Shown here: in pieces, positions 20,340 through 31,304 of the stretch | How the letters are laid out: each line of letters opens with the position of its first letter | How positions within the stretch are numbered: position 1 is the stretch's first letter | Assembly: GCA_048937405.1 (NCBI GenBank) | Contig: JBHLNF010000010.1 | Coordinates: 21,338 to 85,337, forward strand | Reading direction: 5' to 3' | DNA: 64,000 nucleotides | Source: Promethearchaeota archaeon | GTDB lineage: Archaea; Asgardarchaeota; Lokiarchaeia; Sigyniarchaeales; SOKP01 | Notes under the pieces: model-generated | Database searches by the model: none | What the model saw: only the letters and a program-made list of their open reading frames with translations | Told to the model about the DNA's origin: nothing | Made by a program: the position numbers and the translations under genes

Positions 20340-21562
20340 TTATATATAACTTTTAATACCTTCCAAATAAAGGGGAGATATGCCTATCTTTTTATTACTG
20401 ATCCAATATCCTCGAGGAGGTAATATTATGTTATTCTCTTTGCAAATCCGACCTAAATGAGAAGATGAGATCCCATAATATTCACAAAGTTCCTTAATCG
20501 GAATTATCATTACAAGATGCTGAATCTCTTCTAATATTTCATTAGTGATTATAATTTTAGTATTTTTATCTATTAATTCTTTGGGAGTAACTAATCTAAT
20601 TCGTTTTTTCGGCATACTTTTTTTATAATTGTCTAACATTTGATTGAATAACTCTGCACCTAAATGAAAAGACCAAGCATTTTTTCTAGGTTCATGATAT
20701 ATAACAAATGGTAAATTAAATCTGGTCTTTATTTGATTTATAAATTTTAAACTACTACTTGTGATTCTCGTAGATCCTCTTTACCATCTCCATCAAAAAA
20801 ACCTAATAAAAATGCTAAATATAATTCCTGCTTGTTAAGTTTTGGCAATTCAATAGTGTAAGTTTTCATCTTTCCAATGATTAAACCATGTTTAATCAAA
20901 TATTTAGCAAAGATATCACTTGTAATTTCAAATCCATACAGTCCATTTGTTTTTACGTTTACATATTTAGGTTCAATTCCAATAATTTTTGCCAGACAAT
21001 CTACTGTGTTTATAGAATCAATATCTTTTGCATTAAGTCCAAATCTAAATCTCAAATTTATATTTTTATATCTTTTTCCACTTTTTTTGTAGCTAATACT
21101 TCCATCAGCAAAGATAAATCCTAGCCAATAAGCTTTTTCTTTTGTGTTAATATTTTTAAAATAATGGAGATTAAAGTTTGGATGATAATTGTAGATTTTA
21201 TATGGCTCTAACTTTAAGTTATTCAACTTATTATACTTTTCAATTAATCTGATTGCGTGTAAAGATTTTTCCTTTAATTTCTTTCTTAAATTGAACTTAT
21301 AATCAAAAACTTCTTGCTTAGAAATCTGGAAACGTGAATTGCGAGCAATATTTTTCTTAATATAAGTTATAAGATTTTCCTTTTGACCTAAAAAGTTGCT
21401 TAATATCTTATCTGTTATTTTATAATTAGAAATTGATTGTAATTCCTTTTTTAAATCATTAATAAGCATTAATGTTGTGTAAGTATTTTTACTGGTTTTG
21501 ATATTTTTGGTATTATCAGTAATATAATTCTTTATCCTCACCCCATATTCTTTCCCCATCAA
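20340..21562 (-). pseudogene. Two-motif LAGLIDADG endonuclease-like gene with C-terminal HTH, frameshifted near 20777
   Basis: AYWLGFIFADG and AFLLGFFDGDG motifs. Adding one base in AAAGAGGATCT joins ORF 20747-21562 to ORF 20340-20639 via GSTRITSSSLKFINQIKTRF... Confidence 0.82.
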
Positions 21563-21710
21563 TATCTTTTATTACTTATAAGCAATAAGAATAAAGAGAG
21601 TCTTAAATTATTAATTTTTTTCAATAAAGGATGAATTTACAATTCAGAATAAATTTATATTATTAATACGATAGAAAGAATATAAGGATTCATTAATATT
21701 TGTTAATTAT

Positions 21711-22196
21711 ATGGTTCGTCCATGGTATTGGCCAAAAAATGGTATGCCGGATAGAGCGATTCCTTTTACATGGATAGTTAAAAATAAAATGGCTGCTTCA
21801 TGGTGGCCAGATAAGCAAGTAATTGAGAAATATAAGAAAGAAGGGATTAAGGTTGTCGTGAACTGCTCTGAGTTCGATAATAAGAAAGAAATTTCTCCTT
21901 ATTTTGAATATTTTCATATTAATATCCCAGACTTTGGAACTCCAAAGGAGACTCAAGTAAAAAAATTTCTGGATATTACCAGTAGATTTGGAGCTAATGA
22001 TGATCCGATAGTTGTTCACTGTGTAGCAGGTTGTGGAAGAACTGGTATAATGATTGTGATATGGGCTACGTATAATGGTTATATTCCAAATGGATTGGAT
22101 CCAGTAAAATGGATTCGAAATCTTAGGCCTTGTTCCTTAGAAACAAAGGAACAAATGGACTTAGCACGAAAAATGGTTAGAAAGTATCAAAAATAA
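21711..22196 (+). CDS. Dual-specificity protein phosphatase (Cdc14/DUSP-like)
   Basis: IPDFGTP WPD-like loop, VHCVAGCGRTG P-loop, RPCSLET..Q. Confidence 0.93.
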   Translation: MVRPWYWPKNGMPDRAIPFTWIVKNKMAASWWPDKQVIEKYKKEGIKVVVNCSEFDNKKEISPYFEYFHINIPDFGTPKETQVKKFLDITSRFGANDDPIVVHCVAGCGRTGIMIVIWATYNGYIPNGLDPVKWIRNLRPCSLETKEQMDLARKMVRKYQK

Positions 22197-22287
22197 CTTT
22201 AATGTAAAGTATTTAAGATTGGAATATATTTTTATTATTAGGTATATCTTTTTTTGATTATATAATTAGTGTTAAGGCTATATATTA

Positions 22288-23451
22288 ATGCAAAAAACTG
22301 ACTATATATACATGATTACGGACAATATTTTGGTTTATCAGATTAATTTACCAGAAGAACTTGGGGGAAATAATTTACATGTGCATTTGAATAAATATGA
22401 TGAAGAATATCTTAAAATTATTGCCGGATTTGATAAAAACTTCTTAGAACATTTTTTAATAATATCAAAAGGGCGAAACCCGCAAGATTTTACTGATATT
22501 CTTAAAAAAATGGAAAAGATCTCTTTCATGATTGGTCCTACAGGAAATTTAAGTTATCTTACATCTAATCAAATCCAGTATATTCTTACTCAGTTAGGAT
22601 CTTTAAACTTAAGAGAAATTAAAGAGACTAAAATAAGTAAAATTGCGGATGAACAGATAGAAAAAGAATTTGGAGCCTCACATGATGGTTCATCAGCATT
22701 AGAACGTCAACTATCTAGCGCAGCATTTTATTTACAATCCATTGGATATTCACATCAAGATATACAAGAACTATTTAATGAAGTTAGACAAGATCATTCT
22801 AAGATAGATACTCTATTCACCTTGCAACCTAAAGAAATTTATAGCATGCCAGAAGAAATCCAACCTAGAAGCAATCCCCCCTCGAGAGCTCAAGCAACCT
22901 CAACTACTCAATCTAATCCTATTGAATCAAGTGTAGAAACTCAAAATGCAATTGATCGACATGTTCAAGCAATTCAACATGAAATTTCTGGAGAGAGAGC
23001 TAAAAAAGTCGACGAAATAATGCAATTAATAAAAGATCATGTTAAGGAGCATATGAATGACAGATATGAGAGAGTACTTAGACAGATCCATCCTGATCGA
23101 TTAAATCGTGCTTTTAAAATGCTGAAAGAGACAAAAAGGAAATCCAAAAGGATGAATCTTTATTTAGAATGGTTTTTTTGCTCTCATCTTTTAGCTAATA
23201 TTGAAGTAAAAGTTGAACATTGGCAAACAAGTAGCGCAGCGGGTCATGGGCAAACAGGAGTTTATACTGCAGGAATAAGTTTTTCTCGATATGATAACAT
23301 TATAAGAGATTTTCCAGATGCCAAATTAACAAAAGTTATAAATATAGCCAGAAAGATACTCCAAAATCCAACTAAAAAAGCAATTCAGAAATTAGCTACA
23401 GACTTGGTAGCCGAAACAGGATTTGATGAACATCTTTACTTCACAGATTAA
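22288..23451 (+). CDS. Hypothetical protein with central S/T/Q/P-rich linker
   Basis: 387-aa ORF with no family recognised. Confidence 0.75.
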   Translation: MQKTDYIYMITDNILVYQINLPEELGGNNLHVHLNKYDEEYLKIIAGFDKNFLEHFLIISKGRNPQDFTDILKKMEKISFMIGPTGNLSYLTSNQIQYILTQLGSLNLREIKETKISKIADEQIEKEFGASHDGSSALERQLSSAAFYLQSIGYSHQDIQELFNEVRQDHSKIDTLFTLQPKEIYSMPEEIQPRSNPPSRAQATSTTQSNPIESSVETQNAIDRHVQAIQHEISGERAKKVDEIMQLIKDHVKEHMNDRYERVLRQIHPDRLNRAFKMLKETKRKSKRMNLYLEWFFCSHLLANIEVKVEHWQTSSAAGHGQTGVYTAGISFSRYDNIIRDFPDAKLTKVINIARKILQNPTKKAIQKLATDLVAETGFDEHLYFTD

Positions 23452-23496
23452 ACTAAATTATTGAAGAAAAATTTTAGGAACTGATAGAATAAATTT

Positions 23497-25125
23497 TTAG
23501 GTCTCTTTTTTATAAACTGTTTTTCCTCTTATTATTGTTTGGAGAACCTGAATTTCTTCAATTTTATCTTTTTTAGCTTCAAGAGGGTTTTGGTCTAAAA
23601 TCACCAAATCTGCAAGTTTTCCTACTTCTATACTACCTTTAACATTTTCTTCAAATGCGGCATAGGCTCCATTAATAGTATAAGTTTTTAGTGCTTCTTC
23701 CATAGTTATACATTGCTCTGGAATAAATCCATTTCTATTAACTAATGCATGTAATCCCATTATTGGATTTGGATCTTCGATTGGAGCGTCACTCCCTGAA
23801 ATAAGAATAACACTTGAGTTAATAATAGATTTCATAGGATATGTATATTTGCATCTCTCTTTTCCCAACCTCTTTTCAAGCCATTTATATTCTGAATTTA
23901 TGAAAGGTGGTTGACAAGATGCGATAATTCCATATTTCTTCATATCCTCTATAACATCATCAGTCAACATTGAAGCATGCTCAATTCTATGCCTATGATT
24001 TTCTCGAGGATATTTATTTAGAAGACGTTTATATAAGTCGACGCAAATCCTATTACCTTTATCACCAATTGCATGAATAGCTATTTGAAATCCATTATTA
24101 TGAGCAATTTTCATTTTTTCATATATATTCTTTTCATTAACTACACAAAAACCGCTTATATTAGGTGCATCTGAAAATGGCTCCCACATGCAAGCTGTCT
24201 TTGCTCCAAAAGTTCCATCAAGAAATAATTTCAAACATCCAATCTTAAATTTGCTATCTTCTTTACCCCCATCTAAAGGAGGTATTTTCAATTTCATTAT
24301 TTTCATAGGATTGTTTGTAGATATTAATCCATAGTAATTCTGGAGCACTTTTTCATGAATTGATTTAAAAATTGTGGTCTCCCGAATGCCTAAATCTCCA
24401 CCTTCTCCAGTTGTTTCCAGTTGAATAACTCCATGAAAAGAAGTTATTCCCATTTTAGCTAATTTTTGAAAAGTTTTATCCGCAGTTTTTTGTATAACTT
24501 CAGGCTGTGGGATGAGAAATTTAGAAATTTTTGAATAAACTAAATCTAGAGCATTTTCTGATATAATTCCTGTTAATTCACCTTTTTCATTTTTTCTTAT
24601 TTCACCTCCCTTAGGCACCTTAGTTTTAGAATTAAATTCCAAGCATTCGAGTGCTTTTGAGTTAGCAATTCCAATATGAGAATCATACCTTAATAAAAAT
24701 ATAGGATTTTCTGAAGATGCTTCATCTAAATCCCAACGTGTGGGTAATTTTGGATCATCAAATTCCTCTTCTTTTAAAAGGAATCCAAATATAAATTCTC
24801 CTTCACTTTTTCCTTTTGCATTACTTCTTAAAGTATTCTGAAGTTCTTTTAGACTTTTTACTGAAGATAGATCTAGATATATTTGAAAAAACATAGAACT
24901 CACTGGATGTAAATGACAATCAATAAAGCCTGGAAGCATTGCTTTACCTTCCAGATCACATAATTCTACATTCTTTTTCATTTTTTGTTTAACCTCCTCA
25001 AGTTTACCTGTCGCAATTATTTTTTCTCCTCTAATTCCTACAGCCTCTACTAAAGGTTGAGTTTCATCAACAGTAATAATTGTTCCACCATAAAATACTT
25101 TACTTTCAAGGTTTTCTCTATTCAT
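23497..25125 (-). CDS. Metal-dependent amidohydrolase (YtcJ-like)
   Basis: PGFIDCHLH, KLFLDG, HAIGD, RHRIEHA, GSDAP, GKLADLV. Confidence 0.94.
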   Translation of the reverse strand: MNRENLESKVFYGGTIITVDETQPLVEAVGIRGEKIIATGKLEEVKQKMKKNVELCDLEGKAMLPGFIDCHLHPVSSMFFQIYLDLSSVKSLKELQNTLRSNAKGKSEGEFIFGFLLKEEEFDDPKLPTRWDLDEASSENPIFLLRYDSHIGIANSKALECLEFNSKTKVPKGGEIRKNEKGELTGIISENALDLVYSKISKFLIPQPEVIQKTADKTFQKLAKMGITSFHGVIQLETTGEGGDLGIRETTIFKSIHEKVLQNYYGLISTNNPMKIMKLKIPPLDGGKEDSKFKIGCLKLFLDGTFGAKTACMWEPFSDAPNISGFCVVNEKNIYEKMKIAHNNGFQIAIHAIGDKGNRICVDLYKRLLNKYPRENHRHRIEHASMLTDDVIEDMKKYGIIASCQPPFINSEYKWLEKRLGKERCKYTYPMKSIINSSVILISGSDAPIEDPNPIMGLHALVNRNGFIPEQCITMEEALKTYTINGAYAAFEENVKGSIEVGKLADLVILDQNPLEAKKDKIEEIQVLQTIIRGKTVYKKET

Positions 25126-25254
25126 TTGAACCCCTATCCACCTATTCTAGAAATATTAAATTATATAATAGAAAATATGCAAGGTTTTAAAAAGTATAAT
25201 TTAAAAAAAAAGATTAATATTTTAATGGGTATTTATTCAAGGATTTTTTACTAT

Positions 25255-25614
25255 TTATAATACTCCTATAAATAGATTTTGAAAGATCATCAATAAAGCT
25301 AGAGCTAGTATTCCCATACCTGATGCGAAAACCATTCCTCTTCTAACTTCTCCTGAAAGGTCCCTGTCACTCATCGCCCCGAGAAAAGTTGATAAGCAAA
25401 ACATTATTATACCCAATTGTGTGAAAAATCTTGTGAAAGCTGTGAGATATCTTAATATTCTATAATAATCCTCATATTCCTCAAAATCAGTAGGTGGTTC
25501 AACGAGACTTGAAATAGTTACTAGAATTATGCCTACTATCACTAAAAGCATAGAAATGGTAAAGAGTTTTACGTAGTTTTTCTTAAACATGGATCCTCGA
25601 TATGATTCTGAAAT
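25255..25614 (-). CDS. Small 3-TM membrane protein
   Basis: Three hydrophobic segments. Start uncertain: ATT 25614 after GGTGA, GTG 25623, or ATG 25590. Confidence 0.75.
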   Translation of the reverse strand: MSESYRGSMFKKNYVKLFTISMLLVIVGIILVTISSLVEPPTDFEEYEDYYRILRYLTAFTRFFTQLGIIMFCLSTFLGAMSDRDLSGEVRRGMVFASGMGILALALLMIFQNLFIGVL

Positions 25615-25677
25615 AAATTTCACCTTTATTAATGCAGAATTGGATTAAATATGATTATGATGTTATCTTATAAAAAG

Positions 25678-26256
25678 TTATTTCTTTCGGAGTTTTAAAT
25701 CCATATTCTCTTTACTGGCAATTAATCTAATTTTATCCTTAAGGATTTTAGATTTATTCTTTAGGTCGTTTACATCTACACCTTCCTTTTTTATTATTTC
25801 ATTACTTTCCTCTAAAGCTGTTTCTAGCCTTTTTATAGGAAGTAAAGCAGATGCGATACAATAAAAACTCTTAGATCTACCTTCATTAAATTCTTTCAGC
25901 ATTGTTTTAAGTAGTTCGATCCTCCTTTTCTGTTGATCCAAGAAAGGTTCAATTCCTTTCTGTTTAATTGTGTTTAAATTTGAAAGTGACACTTTATGAG
26001 ATATAAATGAATCGAATTTATCCCATTTATCGATTTTTGAGCACGGGAATTGATTGCATTCTGCACACGTCTCAAAATCGTTTTTTTTTACACAACACGT
26101 AATTATTGAACATGATGGATGCTTTTCGATGAAATTAGGTCCACAACAACCAGGACATCTTGAAGGACCTTTAGTATAATAACTAGGACATAACCCACAA
26201 TCTAAACCACAGCAAGCAATTGTAGCATACTTTTTTAATGGAAATTCTCTCGTCAT
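25678..26256 (-). CDS. Cys-rich DUF3795-like protein
   Basis: CCGLDCGLC...CPGC...C..CC...CAEC.QFPC pattern. Confidence 0.85.
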   Translation of the reverse strand: MTREFPLKKYATIACCGLDCGLCPSYYTKGPSRCPGCCGPNFIEKHPSCSIITCCVKKNDFETCAECNQFPCSKIDKWDKFDSFISHKVSLSNLNTIKQKGIEPFLDQQKRRIELLKTMLKEFNEGRSKSFYCIASALLPIKRLETALEESNEIIKKEGVDVNDLKNKSKILKDKIRLIASKENMDLKLRKK

Positions 26257-26390
26257 AATTGAACCTTCTAAGTAATTTATTCAATATTAATACCTTACAT
26301 TTTAAGAAATAAAAATATTATAAGTAAAATATTAAAAATATGAAATAATTCTTAGGATTAATCAATAGGGAAAAATGTGAAGTTAAGAAA

Positions 26391-28733
26391 ATGAAAGCCT
26401 CACTTTTGAAAAAACTCAATGTAATAATTGAAGAAGCTAATGCTTTTAAAGATAATAATGATTTTAATAAAGCCATTAGAAAATTGAAAGAAGCTTTAAA
26501 CTTTGTTAATGATAAAGTGAAAGAGGAGAGAGAGAAAAATACTGAAATTGAGAACATCAAAAACGCAATTAATCAAACTTACTCTATCCAAATCGATAAT
26601 GTAGTCCAAGGAGGAATACGTTTTACAGCTCAAAAAAAATTTGAAAAAGCAAAAGAAGAATTGCAAAATGCTCTAATGATTGTTGAAAATATTGATGATC
26701 CAAATCTTCAAAAAGCTGAAAAAGAGGAAATTAATAAGCTCATAAGCGAGAATGAAATAGAAAAATTAATGGCAAAAGGAATTGATTTAAAGAAGAATAA
26801 TAAACCAGATGAAGCTTTAGAAATATTTAAAGAAGCAATGAATTTCGCTGAGGAAATTTTTAAATCAGATTTTAAAAACGAAGGTTTAGCAAGAATCAAA
26901 AGGGAAATTACTGATATTTATGGTTCAAAAATTGATGAGATTATTGAGCAAGGTAAGATATTTAAAAATAAGGGTCAGAATAACGAGGCGATCAAAACTT
27001 TTGAAAGTGCATTACAAACTATTGAAAAATATTTTGATTTGGAAGACAAAAAAGCTCAGATTACTTCAATTAAAAATTTGACTAATGAAATTTATTCTAA
27101 TCAAATTAAACCGTTAGTTGATAATGGCAGAGACTTATTAAAACAAAATTTAACTGAAAAGTCCATTTCTGAATTTAACAATGCACTATCTATAGTAAAG
27201 AAAATGTATGATTCTGATGTCAAAAATCATGAGTTAAGTCTTATTGCTGATGGATTAAATCCTATCTATATCGAAAAGATAAAACCACTAGTTGAAAAAG
27301 GAAAAGAAATAGCATCTAAAGAAAAGTTTGAAGAATCTTTAAATTTAATTAATGAAGCTGTTGACTTCTTCCATCAAGCTCTAGATATTGCTAATTCTAT
27401 GGCACCATCGGAAAATAAAGAACTAGAAATTAAAGAAATTAATGAGTTGATTAATAATTCTTGTAATTCAGGTATTAATATTATTAAGGATAAATCAATC
27501 CAGTTCATAGTCCAAAAAAAATACGAAGAAGCTATTAGCGATTTATATATTGCTCTAAGCTTATCCAAAAGAATGGCATATCCTGAAGAAGAAAACCCAG
27601 AACTTACCAATCTAAAAAATTTAGTAAACAAAGTATATTCTGCTGAAGTTATAGAAGTTGTAAATAAAGGAAATAAATTGGTAGAACAAAAGGATTTTGA
27701 AAAAGCAATTGAAACATATAATAATGCTTTAAACATAACGAATAAAATGTATTTAACTGAAGAAATGGAGAAAGAAGTAGGTAGAATTAAAAGTTTAATT
27801 TATGAAACGGAATTAAAACAATTAGTTGGAAAAGGTGGTTTGGAAGATGAACAAAAATTAAAAGAAAAAGAGATTGAGAAACTTAAAAAGAGATTAGATT
27901 ATGCTCAATCAATTGAGGATCCTGAACGCAGAGCAAAAGAAATGACTAAAATTAAAACTTTAATTGATAATGTTCATTCTGAAGAAATCACATTATTAAT
28001 AGAGCAGGGAAATCAACTTGCAGATATAAAAAAATATGATGATGCATTCAAATTTTATGAAAGAGCATTGAAAGTTACTGACATGATGGAATCACCTGAT
28101 GTTAAAAATAAAGATTTAATTAAAAAAACCTACAAAAATAAGCTTATAAATAGAGTAAAATTAGAAATTGAAAATAAGGAATATGATAAAGCCATAAAAT
28201 ACTGCCAACGAGCTTTAGAACTTGATGACATATTTGTTGAGGCATATTATCACATTGGTCTTGTTTATTATTATAAGAAGAAATATGATATTGCTATAGA
28301 AAATTTTGAGAGAGCAGTAAGTTATAATAACAAACATGTTAATTCATGGAATTCTATGGGATTAGCATTTGAAGCAAAAAAAGACTACGATAATGCCCTA
28401 AAGAATTTAAATAAAGCTGTAGAGATTGACCATGATTTTTCTGAGGGTTGGTATAATCTTGGAAATGTGTTTAAATTAAAAAAAGAATATGATAATGCCA
28501 TTCAGAATTATATTAAAGCAACAGAGATTAATCCAGATTTCGCAACAGCCTGGTTCTTTATGGGGTGTGCTTATTTTGATAAAAAAGATTATAATAAAGC
28601 GGTTGAAAGTTTAGAAAATGCAATTAAATTGGATCCAAACTTAGCTCATGATGTTAATCCCCTTTTAAAAGAATTCAAAAAAACAATTGATAAACTCCAA
28701 GAAATTCTTTCAATGTCGTTTATAAATAAATAA
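26391..28733 (+). CDS. Large TPR/alpha-solenoid protein
   Basis: Canonical C-terminal TPRs (AYYHIG, WNSMG, WYNLG, WFFMG) preceded by divergent helical repeats. Confidence 0.92.
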   Translation: MKASLLKKLNVIIEEANAFKDNNDFNKAIRKLKEALNFVNDKVKEEREKNTEIENIKNAINQTYSIQIDNVVQGGIRFTAQKKFEKAKEELQNALMIVENIDDPNLQKAEKEEINKLISENEIEKLMAKGIDLKKNNKPDEALEIFKEAMNFAEEIFKSDFKNEGLARIKREITDIYGSKIDEIIEQGKIFKNKGQNNEAIKTFESALQTIEKYFDLEDKKAQITSIKNLTNEIYSNQIKPLVDNGRDLLKQNLTEKSISEFNNALSIVKKMYDSDVKNHELSLIADGLNPIYIEKIKPLVEKGKEIASKEKFEESLNLINEAVDFFHQALDIANSMAPSENKELEIKEINELINNSCNSGINIIKDKSIQFIVQKKYEEAISDLYIALSLSKRMAYPEEENPELTNLKNLVNKVYSAEVIEVVNKGNKLVEQKDFEKAIETYNNALNITNKMYLTEEMEKEVGRIKSLIYETELKQLVGKGGLEDEQKLKEKEIEKLKKRLDYAQSIEDPERRAKEMTKIKTLIDNVHSEEITLLIEQGNQLADIKKYDDAFKFYERALKVTDMMESPDVKNKDLIKKTYKNKLINRVKLEIENKEYDKAIKYCQRALELDDIFVEAYYHIGLVYYYKKKYDIAIENFERAVSYNNKHVNSWNSMGLAFEAKKDYDNALKNLNKAVEIDHDFSEGWYNLGNVFKLKKEYDNAIQNYIKATEINPDFATAWFFMGCAYFDKKDYNKAVESLENAIKLDPNLAHDVNPLLKEFKKTIDKLQEILSMSFINK

Positions 28734-28811
28734 TTAGATTGAAATTTGAATTTTTTGATTGAAAATTTTATATTTCAAGCTTATAAAGAAAATAAAGAAG
28801 TGAAAAAAAAA

Positions 28812-30428
28812 TTATTCGATTTTCTCTAAGTGCCTGAATCCTATAAAGAATAATGGAAGGGAGATTGTAAGATGAATGGAAATGAAGAAGATTGCAGGTG
28901 TTAATTCCCAAGTAATGAGATCTGGAAATTTATCTCCCAACCAAATCATCAAGAATATAAAACCCATGAACACACCCATCTGGATTATCATAAGCTTAAA
29001 AATGGAAAATCCCATGTGTTTTCCCTTTTCTTCGAAGGCAGGACTAAATCCTTGTATTCCAATTGCTTCAAGTAGAACTATTATACCATATGATAAATAA
29101 GCTATGAAAAAAACAATTGCGTAAAATGCATCAAATTGAAAGAGGATAGTATAAAATATTGTTATTATCAGGGCTAATATTGTATTGATTATTATCATCG
29201 CTATAATGTAGGAATAAACCAAACCGTTTACGCTTCTTGGACTCTTTTTATATACCCATAGTAAATCTTTACTTCCTACAAAGATGAAGTTTCCAAGCAT
29301 CATCCCATAGAGCATCCCACCTATGAAAACTACCAATAATATTACAAATCCTCCAGATAAAAGATCATTAGTAGCTGCTTCTCCCGTAGAAAGTGAGTAA
29401 ATCACTCCATAAACGCAAGTTAAGCCTCCCAAATATACCAGCTTCGTGATATTTTCTTTCTTTCGGAAAAATTCTTTTAATTGGGTGATAACAAGTCCCT
29501 CCCATTTTGATCCCAGAATGTGTCTATTAAACTTGTAAAATTTATTTTCCTTTTCTATAACTGAACTGGCTTTTTCGACCCCGCCTTCAAGTGAGTAGAA
29601 TCTATTAGCTCCTTTATAAGAAATATACAAAATAGACACAGGTATTAAAATTGCAAGTGCTAAACTAGTCCAAATATTTAAGATGTAGGTATCTAATAAT
29701 GTAGGATCGAATGTATAAAGAATTATATTTGAGAACCATAGTGCGGGATACCACATAAAGTAGTTTTTCAATTCTGGATGCTCCAAAATGAACTGAAAGC
29801 CAAATTGAAGGGAATAGATGAGAGCGACCATTCCAATTGATAAGAGCATTAATAGAGCTTTAGCGATATCTTTTGCTTTCGCGCTCTGAGAAATTTTGTG
29901 TTCTATCCAACTCATTAGAATGGTACCAATTAATGTTGCCATAAATACAAGCCCAAATACACAGCAATAAATAACAAGAGTTTGTATGAATGATAGATTA
30001 AATATTGGATTCAGCATATTTACAAAGACAGGTGTGAGAGCAAAGACATAGGAAAAGAGTATTGGTATCTTTCCAAAAAATTCTCCTAAAAAGATATCAC
30101 CCGCAGTTACGGGGGATGCTAACAGAATTTCCTTAAACCCTATCTCAGTTTGACGATAAATATTATTCAAGGGATAAATTAAAACAGCTATGAAAAATAT
30201 CATCATAAGGAATTCTATAATCATTGCAATAGAGGGGATTAAAACATCAGAAAGTTCCTCCCTCTCTGCTAATCCCGGCATAAATTGGTCAAAAATTAAG
30301 GGACATAGAATAAACGCCCAGGATATAAGGAGAGAATATAAAACTAAGAAAAATGCTACTCTATTTTTGCGAAATTTAGAGGTTCTAACCCTTACTTCAT
30401 TTTTGGCGATTGTTGTCCATAACGCCAT
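28812..30428 (-). CDS. ABC exporter permease (multi-TM)
   Basis: Many TM segments, directly downstream of an ABC ATPase, paralog of 63104->64000. Confidence 0.8.
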   Translation of the reverse strand: MALWTTIAKNEVRVRTSKFRKNRVAFFLVLYSLLISWAFILCPLIFDQFMPGLAEREELSDVLIPSIAMIIEFLMMIFFIAVLIYPLNNIYRQTEIGFKEILLASPVTAGDIFLGEFFGKIPILFSYVFALTPVFVNMLNPIFNLSFIQTLVIYCCVFGLVFMATLIGTILMSWIEHKISQSAKAKDIAKALLMLLSIGMVALIYSLQFGFQFILEHPELKNYFMWYPALWFSNIILYTFDPTLLDTYILNIWTSLALAILIPVSILYISYKGANRFYSLEGGVEKASSVIEKENKFYKFNRHILGSKWEGLVITQLKEFFRKKENITKLVYLGGLTCVYGVIYSLSTGEAATNDLLSGGFVILLVVFIGGMLYGMMLGNFIFVGSKDLLWVYKKSPRSVNGLVYSYIIAMIIINTILALIITIFYTILFQFDAFYAIVFFIAYLSYGIIVLLEAIGIQGFSPAFEEKGKHMGFSIFKLMIIQMGVFMGFIFLMIWLGDKFPDLITWELTPAIFFISIHLTISLPLFFIGFRHLEKIE

Positions 30429-30434
30429 TTTATA

Positions 30435-31250
30435 TCACTTCCTTTTCTTTTTTTCTTTCTTATTGAGATTTTCTGCATTTGGACCATTCTCACGCCATGC
30501 TAATAAGTCTTCCATCTGAGTTACACCCATAATTTTAAGATATGCATCCTCTAAATCTTCTGCATTTTGAGATTCGATAATTTCTTTAGGATTACCTTGT
30601 AATTTCAATTCTCCTTTATCAATAATTCCAATAATATCACAAAGTTCTTCAGCCGCATCAAGTAGATGAGTACATATGAAAATTGTCTTATCAGCTTTTT
30701 TAGCCAAATCGGAAATGAGATCCTTTACCATTCTCGCCGCTGCAGGATCTAGATTAGATGTAGGCTCATCTAAAAAAATAATCTTGGGATCCTGAATTAA
30801 TGCTGCACATAAACATACTTTTTGCTTCATTCCACGTGAGTATCCCTCAAGTAAATCGTTTTCTCGCCCCTCAAGATCAAATATTTCAAGAAGTTCATCA
30901 ATACGATTAGATATGGTTACTTTTGGTAAATAATAAAGCTCACCAATAAATTCCAAGAACTCTTTTGCAGTTAGTTTTGCATATAATCCAGGCGATTCTG
31001 GTAGAAAGCCGCAGATCATCTTTGCATCATTGGCTTGGGTAAGAATATTATATCCCCCTACTAAGGCAGTACCACTTGTTGGAGTAATAATAGCATTTAA
31101 CATTCTTACCGTTGTTGTTTTACCAGCTCCATTTGGTCCTAATAACCCATAGGTAGTACCATATGTAATATCAATATTTAAATCATGTACAGCTACAATA
31201 TTACCAAAAACTTTTGTAAGATCTTTGGTTGTTATTGCCAATTTTTCCAT
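30435..31250 (-). CDS. ABC-2-type transporter ATP-binding protein
   Basis: GPNGAGKT, YSRGMKQK, FLDEPT, H-switch CTH. Confidence 0.96.
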   Translation of the reverse strand: MEKLAITTKDLTKVFGNIVAVHDLNIDITYGTTYGLLGPNGAGKTTTVRMLNAIITPTSGTALVGGYNILTQANDAKMICGFLPESPGLYAKLTAKEFLEFIGELYYLPKVTISNRIDELLEIFDLEGRENDLLEGYSRGMKQKVCLCAALIQDPKIIFLDEPTSNLDPAAARMVKDLISDLAKKADKTIFICTHLLDAAEELCDIIGIIDKGELKLQGNPKEIIESQNAEDLEDAYLKIMGVTQMEDLLAWRENGPNAENLNKKEKKKRK

Positions 31251-31304
31251 TCTGTTTTTTACACTTCCAAAATTTTTATTCTATTTTTTTTTTATTCATT
31301 TTTT

